Assembly: GCA_023213235.1 (NCBI GenBank)
Contig: CP096137.1
Location: forward strand, 2,728,908 to 2,792,907
Direction: 5' to 3'
Source of the DNA: Elusimicrobiota bacterium
Lineage (GTDB): Bacteria > Elusimicrobiota > Elusimicrobia > UBA1565 > UBA9628
DNA length: 64,000 nt
The translations under genes and the position numbers were made by a program. The notes beneath the pieces were generated by a model. The model was not told the DNA's origin, did not search any database, and saw nothing but the letters and a program-made list of their open reading frames with translations. Shown piece after piece: positions 23,114 through 36,319 of the stretch (the stretch's first letter is position 1; each line of letters begins with the position of its first letter).

Positions 23114-23224
23114 GACGACAGAATAGCGCCAGGACGGCTTTTTCAGGAGGGACCGACGGGGCAATTCGGGGGCGACAAGAGGCCCTGCCAAGTGGGGGCC
23201 TTACGGGGAGGCGTTATTGTCGGT

Positions 23225-23653
23225 TTAGCGCCATTCGAAACTGACTCGATCTCCAGCGACGTAGGCGAAGGTATTCAAATCGCTGAAGTAGAAATACCAG
23301 GCAAACCCTTTTCCTTCCGCCCGAGGCATCAACAATTTAGCTCCCGGCGTGGTGCATTCGCTAAGCGGTCCATCAGCCGTGAGCCAAGGGCAGGCATGCC
23401 ACCGATCGGCCGGAGCCGACGGCGGCTCCATGAACCAGAAGTCGAGCCCTTCAATTCTCAAGCGGCCCGGGACATACCGCTCGCGCTCGTTTCTATCCTT
23501 GCCATCAGGATCGCCTGCGCACAAATCAAAATCGGCGATGAGGATATTTTTATCGTAATCGATGCTTAAAGACAGGAGGCCCGAGTCATGGAAAGTGGCA
23601 CCGGGCGCATTTTCCCCGAGGAGACTTTCCAGCGTCTTGATTCCACTGTTCAT
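23225..23653 (-). CDS. hypothetical protein, candidate orphan immunity protein
   Basis: 142-aa ORF in a locally lower-G+C stretch downstream of the toxin gene. No signal peptide. No motif recognised. Confidence 0.4.
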   Translation of the reverse strand: MNSGIKTLESLLGENAPGATFHDSGLLSLSIDYDKNILIADFDLCAGDPDGKDRNERERYVPGRLRIEGLDFWFMEPPSAPADRWHACPWLTADGPLSECTTPGAKLLMPRAEGKGFAWYFYFSDLNTFAYVAGDRVSFEWR

Positions 23654-23677
23654 GGATTTCTAGTGGCGCCTATTCAT

Positions 23678-23944
23678 CTACTTCACGCTGCTGCATTCAA
23701 GAAAATAATCGTATTCGTCGAATTTAAAATCATGGGGCACAGAAGGGCTCAGGAGTTCAAGAAATGATTGATCCACTGGATAGACCTCATAGAGGGGATC
23801 CTCCGCGGGTAGTTCCAGTTTATTCCTGATAGGCCCCAGGTCGAATTTCTCCAAGGGAACTTCGCCGGACAATGAATCCTGTCCCTTTCGAAAATAAGTC
23901 AGATATCGGGAAACTGATATTTCCTTGTGCTCTTTAAAGGTCAT
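23678..23944 (-). CDS. hypothetical protein, candidate orphan immunity protein
   Basis: 88-aa ORF, same strand and lower-G+C block as its neighbours. No motif recognised. Confidence 0.35.
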   Translation of the reverse strand: MTFKEHKEISVSRYLTYFRKGQDSLSGEVPLEKFDLGPIRNKLELPAEDPLYEVYPVDQSFLELLSPSVPHDFKFDEYDYFLECSSVK

Positions 23945-23967
23945 CTTGTCGTCGGAAATTCAGGGTC

Positions 23968-24336
23968 CTAATGCTGAGACGCTTTCCGGTGCGCCGCAGC
24001 GGCCCGGCCCTTTTCATAGTCAAATTTGACGTACGCCATTCTCCCCGTCGAATCAAATCCGAATTCGGCATCGAGTTCTTCCTGGTCGCTCGACGAACGC
24101 TCCTTTCTAAGCACTATCCACGCCGCGTTTACGCTTGCATCAAAGGAAAGGCGAACACCGCTGGCATCGACAACCTCATCCGATGAAAATGGGCACCTCT
24201 TGAAATCAAAAGCTTCGATGGCGACTGGATCGCCGAGGAGGTTGTAATCAACGACAATATTCTTGATTTCGACGGACTGGGCGACGAGTCCTTCAACATG
24301 GAGCTCGACGCTGTTATCAGTAACAATTAATATCAT
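23968..24336 (-). CDS. hypothetical protein (DUF2283-like pattern), candidate immunity protein
   Basis: VDYNLLGDPVAIEAFDF resembles the short DUF2283 pattern (D..G.ivgiEi). 122-aa ORF in the lower-G+C block. Confidence 0.35.
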   Translation of the reverse strand: MILIVTDNSVELHVEGLVAQSVEIKNIVVDYNLLGDPVAIEAFDFKRCPFSSDEVVDASGVRLSFDASVNAAWIVLRKERSSSDQEELDAEFGFDSTGRMAYVKFDYEKGRAAAAHRKASQH

Positions 24337-24357
24337 CGGCGCGAAGTTGGAATTTCT

Positions 24358-24624
24358 TCACCCTTTCTGCCACTTTGCACGCAGCTTTTCGATGTCGAAC
24401 TTCATTCGTCGAGCCAAGGCGTAGAGTCGTTCCTTCTGGTTCTGTGGAATCGCCAGCCCTTCCATCTCGATGTCATATAGAAGCCCATGCACGACCAACC
24501 CCGGCTCGCCGACACTAAGATACTCGGCGTAGGATTTCGTGGCATTTTCGTCCAGAAGAGCCCGTATCCCTTGGAAGACATTCTCGGTTTCCTGATGAAT
24601 TGTTCGTATTTCGTCGTTGGTCAT
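24358..24624 (-). CDS. putative cognate immunity protein of the EndoU toxin
   Basis: The ATG at 24624 (MTNDEIRTIHQE...) forms an ATGA overlap with the toxin stop once one A is added to the A6 run. 88 aa, helical and cytoplasmic. The upstream 21 codons of ORF 24358-24687 lie inside the toxin gene. Confidence 0.55.
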   Translation of the reverse strand: MTNDEIRTIHQETENVFQGIRALLDENATKSYAEYLSVGEPGLVVHGLLYDIEMEGLAIPQNQKERLYALARRMKFDIEKLRAKWQKG

Positions 24625-27308
24625 TTCTGTTTTTTGGATATGCGGTGACAACTTCGCCGTAGTTCGGGTCCTTCGGTCCCTCGACAATAACTTTTATTGA
24701 AACACCGTCGCGAATGCCCTCAACGCCGATACGCCGGCCTTTTTCCTGAGTCACCTTTGATCCGGGATCAGCAAGAACACTCTGGATATTTTCCTTAATC
24801 TTCGAGCCATCCCATCCTTCAGGAAATTCGGATTTCCCCTTCCCTGCGCCCGCGCGGTGACCTCCGCCGTTGTCATCCCCGTCCAAAATATGGACAAGAC
24901 CGTGATCCGTGATAAAAGGCTGAAAATTCTCAAGATCGGCGACGGTCTTGGGAGGAACCTTCTCTCCCGTCTCCGGCTTAGTGGGTTCCGGAGCTTCAGA
25001 ATGCCACGTGCCCTCCGGCAGCGGCCGCCCGTTCTCCCCGAGATTCGGACGACATTGCAATTCACCGGGCGCGCCTCTCAACTCTTTGACGCCGTCGCAC
25101 GGACGATCCATGACGTCCACCAAGAGCTTTTCCATCATGCCAAGCAAAGACGCGCTGAGCGTCACACGATCCCCTTTGATCACGTACGGTTCGGGGTCCC
25201 CGGTATCGATAGTTTTGTCCAGGCCGGGCGTGTCCGTCCCCGTCATCGGCCGCTTCTCTTCCTCGATGACGAGCTTGTCCTGCGATCCTTCGGCTCGTTC
25301 CTTGAGCGTGGCGATCGGATCGCTCTTCGCCGGAGTCCGCTTCACCCGCCCCGGCGTCTTCTGTCCCCGGCGCCGTCGCGCCTCGTCCTCGAGCGAATCG
25401 AACGTGCGGTCGCCCTCGACGAGGATCGCAACGCACTTCACGCTCGCGATTCCGCCCGCGTCCGTGGTTCCCGGCGGGCACGTCAGCTTCCCCGCCGGCT
25501 TGACCGTGAACGAGACCAAGTGCCCCGCCTTGCTCCCCTCCGTGCCGGTGAAGCCGACCGTCGCGACAGTCTCGAGTTCCTCGCCCTGAGCGAGCGACGA
25601 CCGCGACACGGTCAATGATAAGGAAGAAGGCTTGAGCGGATCTGGCGGAGGTTGAGGCGCCTGGGCCGCGCGGGAACTAGGCCGATTGTCGATGAGCAGG
25701 TCCGCCGCGCTCGACTTCGATTTCTTGGAGAACAGTTTGCCAATCCCGCGAAAGAGCTCCGAGATGCCTTTAATGAGGAGTTGCGCCCCGAGTTGGCCAA
25801 GCGCCTGGCCAAGTTCCGCGCTCCCGTTGTTGGAGGAGTAGGAGGAAGAGCCGCTGGAATAGCTCGGCGAGGGACGTGCGCTCGGGCCGCCGCAGCGGGC
25901 CACGCACACTCCCGGAGGAGTCGGTGGAGGCGGCGGAAGAGGCTTGATGTACCAATTATGGTCGGCGTTCCCCTGCATGAGGCCGCTCGCCTCCGTGAGG
26001 CCGCTCGGCCCGGCCTTGGTGAGGACCGACGCGGTGCCCGCCGTCTCAATCATCTCCGGCGCCGCCGTCAGTTCGACCTCTCCGTCGAGCCAGCGCGCCA
26101 CCGTCGTCGCCGGAACCGCGACGGGCCAGAAGCCCTCGTCGGTATCGGCCGGCCGCGAGACGAGGACGCCCGCGAGCGCGCCCGAGCCGTCGAGCACCGG
26201 CCCTCCCGTGAACTCGGCCGAGATCGCGGCGTCTGTCTGGAAGGAGACCGCGCCCGACTTCACGACGAGGCCCTCGGTCTTCGTCCAGCGTCCCGCGACG
26301 AGGTCGTGGCCGACGGCGGAGACGAGCTCGTTCTTCGCGGGATTCGTCTTTGCGAGGACGAGCGCCGGCGTCTTGTCGTCGCCGGTGAAAGAGAGGATGG
26401 CCAAGCCCAGCGTCGCGTCGCGGCGCAGGACCGTGGTCGGAATCTCTTTGTTCCGAGAATGGAGCTTCGGCGCATCCCCTCGACGGCGCGCGCGTCGGTG
26501 AGAAGGACCAGCTTCCCGCCGACGCGGACAAGCGTCGCCGCCGCGCGGCGCGAGCCCTCGACGAAGTAGACGGCGGCCGTCGCGTCGGCGCCGTCGGCGC
26601 GGGACGCGAGGACGACGGTCCCCGCGCCGTGCGAGGCGGCGAGGTCCTCGAAAGCGTCGGCTCGCGCGCAGTACAGCTTCGAGCGCGCGGCGCCGACGGC
26701 CTTGTCGGACGCGAGCGCCAGCGTCAGCCGGCGGACTTGCGCGCGGCGGCGGGCGTAGGCGCCCTCGTCGAGCTTCTTGGAGGAGGAGGCCTGATCGAGC
26801 GCCGCCTCGGCGGATTTCTTGGAGACGCCGGGCCCCAGCAAGCTGACGAGCCACGGCGCCGCGGTCCCATCGGCGTTCCGGAAGAGGCCGTCGCTCGCGG
26901 AGAGCAGCTCCGCGCGCTCCTTGTCCGCGTCGCACGGCGGCTCGGGGAAGCGCTTGGCCCAGGTGTAGTCCACGACGGCCAAGGTGCGGTACAAGGTGCG
27001 CAGGCTCGTCGAGCGGTCGCGGAAGAAGGGGCGGATCGCAGGAGCGATGCGCGGCTCGAGGCGCACGAGCGACTCTTTGACCTGCGACTCGTCGCGGAAG
27101 GACTCGAGGCCCTCGGAGAGGAGTTGGAGATCGGCCTGGAGCCCCGCGAGGCCGTTGGCGTCGCCCTCCCCTCGGTTTTGGCCGCCGCTTCGTCCGCGGG
27201 CAGCACGGCCGACGTCAGGAGGGTCCAGAGCGGGTCGGAGGTCGTCTCGGCGCGGACGGGGAGCGACGCCGCGAGGAGGAGCGCGAGAACCGCCCTCGTC
27301 CTCTTCAT
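24621..27308 (-). CDS. secreted polymorphic toxin: trypsin-like domain, Pro/Ser linker, beta-rich repeat region, C-terminal bacterial EndoU-type RNase domain; frame broken three times
   Basis: Signal MKRTRAVLALLLAASLPVRA (ORF 26724-27308). Joins near 27168 and 26477 link it to ORFs 26260-27066 and 24515-26935. Protease-like FTGGPVLDGSGALAGVLV (Thr where Ser is expected). C-terminal HILDGDDNGGGHRAGAGKGKSEFPEGWDGSKIKENIQSV...GIRDGVSIKVIVE...VVTAYP matches my memory of the EndoU_bacteria toxin family. End inferred as ...AYPKKQK* at 24621-24623. Confidence 0.75.
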
Positions 27309-27324
27309 AGCCCGCCCCCTCGGA

Positions 27325-28041
27325 TCAGCGCAGCTCGAAGACCATCGTCGTCGCGCCGCAGTCGATCATGTCGCCTTCCCTGAGGACGACCGAGCCCGAG
27401 ACCTTGGCCCCGTTGACGACGGGATAGCCCTCGGTCACGGCGACGAGGACGAAGCCCTCGGGCTTGCGGTGGACGGAGGCCGCGACCTCGGGAGCGGAGC
27501 CGAAGAGGCCGGAGCCCTTGATCTGGATCTGCACGCGGTCGGACTTGCCGATGTAGGTGGACATGCCCTTGAGCTCGAACTCGGAGGTGCCGTCGGCGGC
27601 GCCCTTCAGGACGCGCAGCCAGCCGATCTTCTCCGGGCCCGCGGGTTTGGCGGCGGCCGCGGAGGCGGCGATGAGCTCGGCCTGCTTCTGGGGCGTGAGG
27701 ACCATGGTCTTGTCGGAGCCGGCGTCCGGTCCGCCGCCGGCGGCGGCGAGCTCGGCCTCGTTGAGGAAGACGAGGGCGTGCTTGGCGAGGCCGACGACGT
27801 CGTTGTGGTGCAGGCCGGACTTCTTGATCTTCTTCTCGTTGACGAAGGTGCCGTTCGTGGACTCGAGGTCCTCGATGTAGTAGCCCCCGCCCTCGAGCGT
27901 GAGGCGGCAGTGGTGCCCGGAGATCGCCGGGTTGTCGATGACGATGTCGTTGTCGTCCTTGCGGCCGACGGTCAAGGAGGGCTTGTCGAACGCCACTTCC
28001 TTAATGACGGCCGCGTTGAACTTCAGCAGCAGCTTCGGCAT
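27325..28041 (-). CDS. double FHA-domain protein
   Basis: N-terminal FHA: LTVGRKDDNDIVIDNPAISGHHCRLTLEGGGYYIEDLESTNGTFVN. A second FHA-like half: TYIGKSDRVQIQI...VAVTEGYPVVNGAKV...LREGDMIDCG. Confidence 0.85.
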   Translation of the reverse strand: MPKLLLKFNAAVIKEVAFDKPSLTVGRKDDNDIVIDNPAISGHHCRLTLEGGGYYIEDLESTNGTFVNEKKIKKSGLHHNDVVGLAKHALVFLNEAELAAAGGGPDAGSDKTMVLTPQKQAELIAASAAAAKPAGPEKIGWLRVLKGAADGTSEFELKGMSTYIGKSDRVQIQIKGSGLFGSAPEVAASVHRKPEGFVLVAVTEGYPVVNGAKVSGSVVLREGDMIDCGATTMVFELR

Positions 28042-28065
28042 CGAAGTCTCCCTTTGATCCTAATC

Positions 28066-28886
28066 TCAGCGCCCGAACAGGCGCGACACCAAATCCTTCA
28101 CGCCGCCGCCCCCGCCCGCGGCGGGAACCTTCGCGGCCACGATCGAGATGTTGTCCACCCCGCCGGCGGCGCGCGACTTGGCGATCAGCACGTCGACGAT
28201 CTTCTGCGGGTCCTGCTCGGCGGCGATGACGGCGGCGACATCGGCGTCGACGACCATCTTCGAGAGGCCGTCGGTGGCGAGCAGGACGAGGTCGCCGGGC
28301 AGCAGCGGGTGCTCGCCGACGTCGACCTGCACGTCCTTCTCGGCGCCGAGGGCGCGTGTCAGGATGTTCTGCAGGCTCGAGCGGGCGGCCTCGTCGGCGG
28401 TGATCTGCCCGCGCTTGACCTGCTCGCCGACGAGCGAGTGGTCCTCGGTGAGCTGGGTCAGCTCGCCGCGGCGCCAGAGGTAGAGGCGGCTGTCGCCGAC
28501 GTGCGCGACGGTCAGGGACTTGGCGTCGACGATCGCGGCGACGACGGTCGTGCCCATGCCGGCGTCCTTGGGGAAGGCGCGGCCCTTCTCGTAGATCATG
28601 GAGTTGGCGGTCTTGACGAAGAACTCGAGCTGGCGGCCGCGCGGCGAGAGGCCCGCGGTGCCGCCCTCGGGGACCATGTTCTGGGCGCCGCCGAGCATCT
28701 TGCGGGCGTACTCGACGATCGTCTTGCAGGAGATGTCGCTGGCGACCTCGCCGCTGTTGTGGCCGCCCATGCCGTCGGCGACGACGAGCAGGCCCAGGTC
28801 GGGCTCGACGGCGAAATTGTCCTCGTTGTTCTTGCGGACGCAGCCCGGATCCGTCGCGCCGGCGACCTCGACCCGGTCCTTGGTCT

Positions 28887-28890
<4 letters not shown>
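28066..28890 (-). CDS. PP2C-family Ser/Thr protein phosphatase
   Basis: MKTKDRVEVAGATDPGCVRKNNEDNF, VVADGMGGHNSGEVAS, GTTVVAAIV, VAHVGDSRLYL, LLATDGL, DNISIVAA. The ATG at 28890 overlaps the kinase stop (ATGA). Confidence 0.9.
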
Positions 28891-32082
<3,192 letters not shown>

Positions 32083-32165
32083 TAATAGCGAGGGTTTCGT
32101 GCCGGAATTCGCGAACCGCGCAAAGTATAAGAGGCTCCCCGGAGGCTGTCAACCCCGATCCGGTC

Positions 32166-32756
32166 TCAGCGGCCGGCCTTGCCGCCCGTGACCTTCCAGC
32201 CGAGCGGAAGGAGGCCGGCGGACGCCGCGGACTTGAGAAGGTCTCCCGGGATGAAGGGCCACAGGCCCTGGGCCAGCAAGGTCTCCGAGGGCACGAAGCG
32301 CGAGAGGCCGAGCAGGCCCAGAGCGAAGATGGGCGCGGACCCGGCGAGCATCGCGAAGAACGCCTTGGCGGGCGTGCGGTCCCAGCCCCTCTCCGCCAGC
32401 AGGCCGGTCGCGTAGGCGCCGGCGACGAAGCCGGCCAGGTAGCCGCCCGTCGGGCCCAGGAGATGGACGAAGCCCGCGGCGCCGCCGGAGAACACGGGCA
32501 GGCCCGAGGCGCCCTCGGCGAGGTACAGCGCCGCCGCGGCCGCGCCGCGGCGCGAGCCGAGCAGGACGCCGGCGTACAGCACGCCGAGCGTCTGGCCCGA
32601 CAGCGGCACGGGAGTGAACGGCAGCCGGATCTCGAGCTGCGCGCAGACGGCGATGAACAGGCTGGCGACGACGACGCAGGCGGCGTCCTGGGCGAGGCCC
32701 GTCGACGGCAGCACGCGGTCGGCGAGCACGGGGTAGTAGGCGGCGCGGGTGGTCAT
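32166..32756 (-). CDS. bioY: biotin transporter BioY
   Basis: MTTRAAYY...PFTPVPLSGQTLGVLYAGVLLG...LLGPTGGYLAGF...LWPFIPGDLLK. The ATG at 32756 overlaps the histidine-kinase stop (ATGA). The upstream part of ORF 32166-34175 is out-of-frame read-through. Confidence 0.85.
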   Translation of the reverse strand: MTTRAAYYPVLADRVLPSTGLAQDAACVVVASLFIAVCAQLEIRLPFTPVPLSGQTLGVLYAGVLLGSRRGAAAAALYLAEGASGLPVFSGGAAGFVHLLGPTGGYLAGFVAGAYATGLLAERGWDRTPAKAFFAMLAGSAPIFALGLLGLSRFVPSETLLAQGLWPFIPGDLLKSAASAGLLPLGWKVTGGKAGR

Positions 32757-34183
32757 GTCTTGATCCTCTCCTTGGGTATCTGAATCAGGGGCAGGCGCAC
32801 GACGAACTGGGCGCCGCCGGTCTTGGCCGGCTGGACCCAGATCTCGCCCTTGTGCAGCTTGACGATCTTGGCGCAGATGGACAGCCCGAGGCCGAAGCCG
32901 GACTTCGGCGCGGCGTCGAGCTGGCGGAACTTCTCGAAGATGACGGCGCGCTGCGCCTCGGGGACGCCGGGGCCCGTGTCGGTGACGACGAGCTCGACGC
33001 GGTCGGCTCCGCCGGCCTCGGCCTCGACGAGCACCCGCCCGCCCTTCGGCGTGAACTTGAGCGCGTTGGCCACGAGGTTGTGCACGAGGCGCTCGACGAG
33101 GCGCTCGTCGCCCTCGAACGAGGCGGGCGCCGACGTCGACAGACGCGTCTCGAGGATGACGCCCTTCTCGTCGGCCATCGGCCGGAACAGGCGCTCCGCC
33201 CGGCGCAGCACCGCCGCGGGCTCGACGGAGCCCGGCACGAGCTTGAAGTTGCCGTGGTCGATGCGCGCGGAGTCGAGCGCGTCCTTGACGAGCGCGGTCA
33301 GGCGCTCGCACGACTGGTCGATCGCCTCGAGCCAGCCTTTCTGGCGCTCGTCGGGCTCGATCGACTTCTTGAGGAGCCGGAGGTAGCCCTGCACCGCGAA
33401 CAGCGGCGCGCGCAGGTCGTGAGCGGCGGCCTGGAAGAACTCCTCCTTGAGCGCCTCGATGCGCTTCTCCGACGTCTGGTCGCGAAGCATGATCAGCACG
33501 CCGAAGTCGCCCGTCGCGGGGTCGGTGAACATCGTCACCGTCGTGCGGAAGCTGGACGGGGGCCCGCCGGCCGGATTGGGCACCTCCATGACGCCGCCGC
33601 TCGTGTGAGCCTTCAGCACGTCCTGCACGCGCAGGCGCCATTTCTGGGGGTCGCGCGGCTGCAGCAGCCCCCGGCCTCCGCGCATCACGTCGTCGCGCCC
33701 CGCCGCGAACAACGGCAGCGCGGCCGCGTTGAGGAAGGTCACCTCGCCGCGCAGGTTCGTGATGACGAGCGCGTCGGGAATCCGCTCGACGAGCGTCTCG
33801 AGCCGGGCGCGCTCGCGCGCCAGCCCCGCGTTCGCCTCGTCGAGGGCGCGCCGCATGTCCTCCTGCGCGCGCGTGAACTGCGCGCCGAGCGCCGTCCAGC
33901 CCGGCAGGCGGCCCTCGTCGAGCGGCGTCGACAGGTCGCCGCGCGTCCAGCGCTCGAGTCCCTTCTCGAGCTCGCGCAGCGGCGCGACGAACCAGCGCCA
34001 CGCGAGGTAGGAGGCGGTCAGGGACGCCGCGATCGCGGCGGCCGCGACGGCGTAGGCCGCGGGCGGCAGGGACTCGTGCCGCGCGCCGATCCACCACCCG
34101 GCCACTCCGGTGGGAATCGCGCCGGCGGCGAACATGATCCAGGACGCCCTGCCGAAGAGGTTCACGCGCGCCCATCGTAACAA
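32753..34183 (-). CDS. sensor histidine kinase (TM-HAMP-PAS-HisKA-HATPase_c)
   Basis: Intact 476-aa ORF. H-box EEFFQAAAHDLRAPL, N-box LVHNLVANALKFT, DTGPGVP, GFGLGLSICAKIV. No response regulator is adjacent. Confidence 0.9.
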   Translation of the reverse strand: MLRWARVNLFGRASWIMFAAGAIPTGVAGWWIGARHESLPPAAYAVAAAAIAASLTASYLAWRWFVAPLRELEKGLERWTRGDLSTPLDEGRLPGWTALGAQFTRAQEDMRRALDEANAGLARERARLETLVERIPDALVITNLRGEVTFLNAAALPLFAAGRDDVMRGGRGLLQPRDPQKWRLRVQDVLKAHTSGGVMEVPNPAGGPPSSFRTTVTMFTDPATGDFGVLIMLRDQTSEKRIEALKEEFFQAAAHDLRAPLFAVQGYLRLLKKSIEPDERQKGWLEAIDQSCERLTALVKDALDSARIDHGNFKLVPGSVEPAAVLRRAERLFRPMADEKGVILETRLSTSAPASFEGDERLVERLVHNLVANALKFTPKGGRVLVEAEAGGADRVELVVTDTGPGVPEAQRAVIFEKFRQLDAAPKSGFGLGLSICAKIVKLHKGEIWVQPAKTGGAQFVVRLPLIQIPKERIKT

Positions 34184-34224
34184 AATATGGACAGATCGGG
34201 CGTCCGCTGTTATGCTATTGAGGA

Positions 34225-34580
34225 ATGAGAATCGCGCTCCTGCTCGCGGCCCTGTCCCTCGGCGCCTCCGCCGCCCCGTCCGCGCCGCCGCCGACCTCGC
34301 GCGAGTTCACGGAGCTCCCCCCGGCCGCTACACGGTCAAGCTCAACGGCCTCATCTGCACCGTCTGCGGCCGCGCGATCGCCGCGGAGTGGGCCAGGCTC
34401 CCGGAGATCGAGTCCGCCTCCGTCAACTTCGACAAGTCCGAGGCCCTGATCTCGGTCCGCCTCGACCGCACCTTGAAGGTCGCCGTCCTCCAGCGCACTT
34501 TGCGCCGCGCCGAGAAGCTCGCCAACCTCGGCGCGAAGTACGAGATGCGCGGCATCGCGTACAAGCTCGGATCTAAGTAA
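34225..34580 (+). CDS. secreted heavy-metal-associated (HMA)-like domain protein, frame broken once
   Basis: Signal MRIALLLAALSLGASA (ORF 34225-34449). A shift at C-run 34317-34322 joins RYTVKLNGLICTVCGRAIAAEWARLPEIESASVNFDKSEALISV (frame of ORF 34110-34580). CxxC ferredoxin-like pattern. Confidence 0.6.
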
Positions 34581-34592
34581 TACTATCCCCAT

Positions 34593-34829
34593 ATGGAGCC
34601 GACCGATCCCGCCAAGCTCGCCGAATATCTCGAACGCCTCCTCGCCGGCCTCAACCAGACCGCCGAGAGCCTGAAGTTCGAGATCCCCTACTACAAGGCC
34701 GACGACATCCAGGGCCACTACGCGAAGAAGTTTCTCGGCTCCGTCGAGGAGCAGGCCTCCCAGACGAAGGCCCGCCTCGAGGAGCTGCGCAAGACCCTGC
34801 CCGCTCCCAAGCGCCCCGAGGGCGAGTGA
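34593..34829 (+). CDS. small helical hypothetical protein
   Basis: 78-aa ORF with ordinary composition. Its stop overlaps the next start (GTGA). Confidence 0.45.
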   Translation: MEPTDPAKLAEYLERLLAGLNQTAESLKFEIPYYKADDIQGHYAKKFLGSVEEQASQTKARLEELRKTLPAPKRPEGE

Positions 34830-35356
34830 GCGCCGACGACGGCCGCGTCGTCTTCCGCACCTCGCAGCCCGACGAGGCCCCCGTCATCGCCGAGCGCCTC
34901 TCCGACGCCGGCATCCCCTTCGAGATCCGGATCGTCGTGCAGGACGAGCGCGAAGGCGACGCGCTCGCGCTGATCGAGGCGCACATGCGCTTGATCGGCT
35001 CCGAGCCCGCGGCGGACGCCGCGCAGCCGCCGCACGAGGACGACGCCGATCTGCTGCCCTGCCCCAACTGCGAGCGCGTCGGCATCCGCCTCGGCGCCGC
35101 GTGCGGCGGCTGCGGCTTCGCCGTCACGTCGCTCAAGTCCGCGCCCGCGCCCGTCGACGGGCGCTCGTTCTGCCCGGAGTGCCGCCAGCCGACGACGTTT
35201 CCGTCGGGAACCTGCGCGGACTGCGGCGTCGAGCTTGAGCCCCTCGAGCCCGCCGACCGGCTGTGCCCCGAGAAGGGCGTCCACGTCCTCTACCGCGACA
35301 CCAAGGGCGGCGCCGCGTGCCCGGCCTGCAAGGTCGTCTGGGCCGACGTCGGCTGA
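34826..35356 (+). CDS. protein with small N-terminal alpha/beta domain and three CxxC...CxxC zinc-ribbon pairs
   Basis: CPNCERVG...CGGCG, CPECRQP...CADCG, CPEKG...CPACK. The N-terminal VVFRTSQPDEAPVIAERLSDAGIPFEI resembles DUF2007-type domains. Confidence 0.5.
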   Translation: MSADDGRVVFRTSQPDEAPVIAERLSDAGIPFEIRIVVQDEREGDALALIEAHMRLIGSEPAADAAQPPHEDDADLLPCPNCERVGIRLGAACGGCGFAVTSLKSAPAPVDGRSFCPECRQPTTFPSGTCADCGVELEPLEPADRLCPEKGVHVLYRDTKGGAACPACKVVWADVG

Positions 35357-35362
35357 AAAACT

Positions 35363-35434
35363 TGGGCCGTGAGGGGATCGAACCCCCGACCTTCCCCGTG
35401 TAAAGGGGTCGCTCTACCGCTGAGCTAACGGCCC
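35363..35434 (-). tRNA. tRNA-Val (anticodon TAC)
   Basis: The reverse complement GGGCCGTTAGCTCAGCGGTAGAGCGACCCCTTTACACGGGGAAGGTCGGGGGTTCGATCCCCTCACGGCCCA folds as a cloverleaf. 7-bp acceptor GGGCCGT/ACGGCCC, D arm GCTC/GAGC, anticodon loop TTTACAC, T loop TTCGATC. CCA is not encoded. Confidence 0.85.
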
Positions 35435-35435
35435 G

Positions 35436-36305
35436 TCACGGATTGCGCTTGAGGAGCTCCTCGCGCAGGTCCAGGATCACCTGGACGTAGTTGTCGGAGT
35501 GGTTGTAGGCGAACAGCGAGCGCCCGATCCGCGAGCCGGCCGTGAACGGCGCCGACGCGTCGTAGCCCGCCTTCTTCAAATAGTTGGCCGCGCTGCCGAG
35601 CGCGTCGGGCCACTGGTCGAGCCGCCGCTGTCCGTCGCCGTCGAAGTCGACGGCGCTCGCGGCGTAGGACGTCGGCATGAACTGGACGAAGCCGAAGGCG
35701 CCCGCGTACGAGCCCAGGACCGAGCGCGTGTCCATGCCCTGAGCGTGAGTCATCTTCAGATACTCCGCGAGTTCCCGCGCGGCCCAATCGGAGCGGCGCG
35801 GCACCTTCTGGACGATCGTGTTCAGCGCGTCGAAGATCGGATACTTGCCGGCCGCCGTGCCGTAGCGCGTTTCCACGCTGACCAGTCCGACCAAGAGGAC
35901 GTAGTCGACGCCGTACTTCGCCTGCACGGCCTGGAGAATCGGCCGGTTGGCGCGGATGAACTCGACACCGGCCTTGAGGTTCGCCTCGGTGACGAACCAG
36001 CGGCGGTACTCGTCGTACGGCGTCGGCGGGACGGGAGCGGCGGGCGTGCCGAACTTCGGCGGGATTTCGGGAAATATTTTTCCGCGCGGGTCGGCGAACG
36101 CCGCGTCGACGTAGGCGTCGGGCACTCCGGAGCCGGCGAGGCGAGCCTTCACGGCGGCCTTCGCCTCGTCGGGCGTGCGCTCGTTGACGGCGAGGGCGCG
36201 CACGGTCTCGAAGCGCGCGTGGAGCAGGCGGAACTCCTCCTCGAACGGGGAGAACTGCGCGGAGGCGGGCACGGCGAGAACCAGGAGGAAGGCGCTGATC
36301 CGCAT
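35436..36305 (-). CDS. lytic murein transglycosylase (MltB/SLT_2-like)
   Basis: Signal MRISAFLLVLAVPASA. VSVETRYG, GSYAGAFGFVQFMPTSY, DFDGDG, AGSRIGRSLFAYNHSDNYV. Only the last 289 aa of ORF 35436-36947 are in the true frame. Confidence 0.8.
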   Translation of the reverse strand: MRISAFLLVLAVPASAQFSPFEEEFRLLHARFETVRALAVNERTPDEAKAAVKARLAGSGVPDAYVDAAFADPRGKIFPEIPPKFGTPAAPVPPTPYDEYRRWFVTEANLKAGVEFIRANRPILQAVQAKYGVDYVLLVGLVSVETRYGTAAGKYPIFDALNTIVQKVPRRSDWAARELAEYLKMTHAQGMDTRSVLGSYAGAFGFVQFMPTSYAASAVDFDGDGQRRLDQWPDALGSAANYLKKAGYDASAPFTAGSRIGRSLFAYNHSDNYVQVILDLREELLKRNP

Positions 36306-36319
36306 GCGCCTATGATAGC

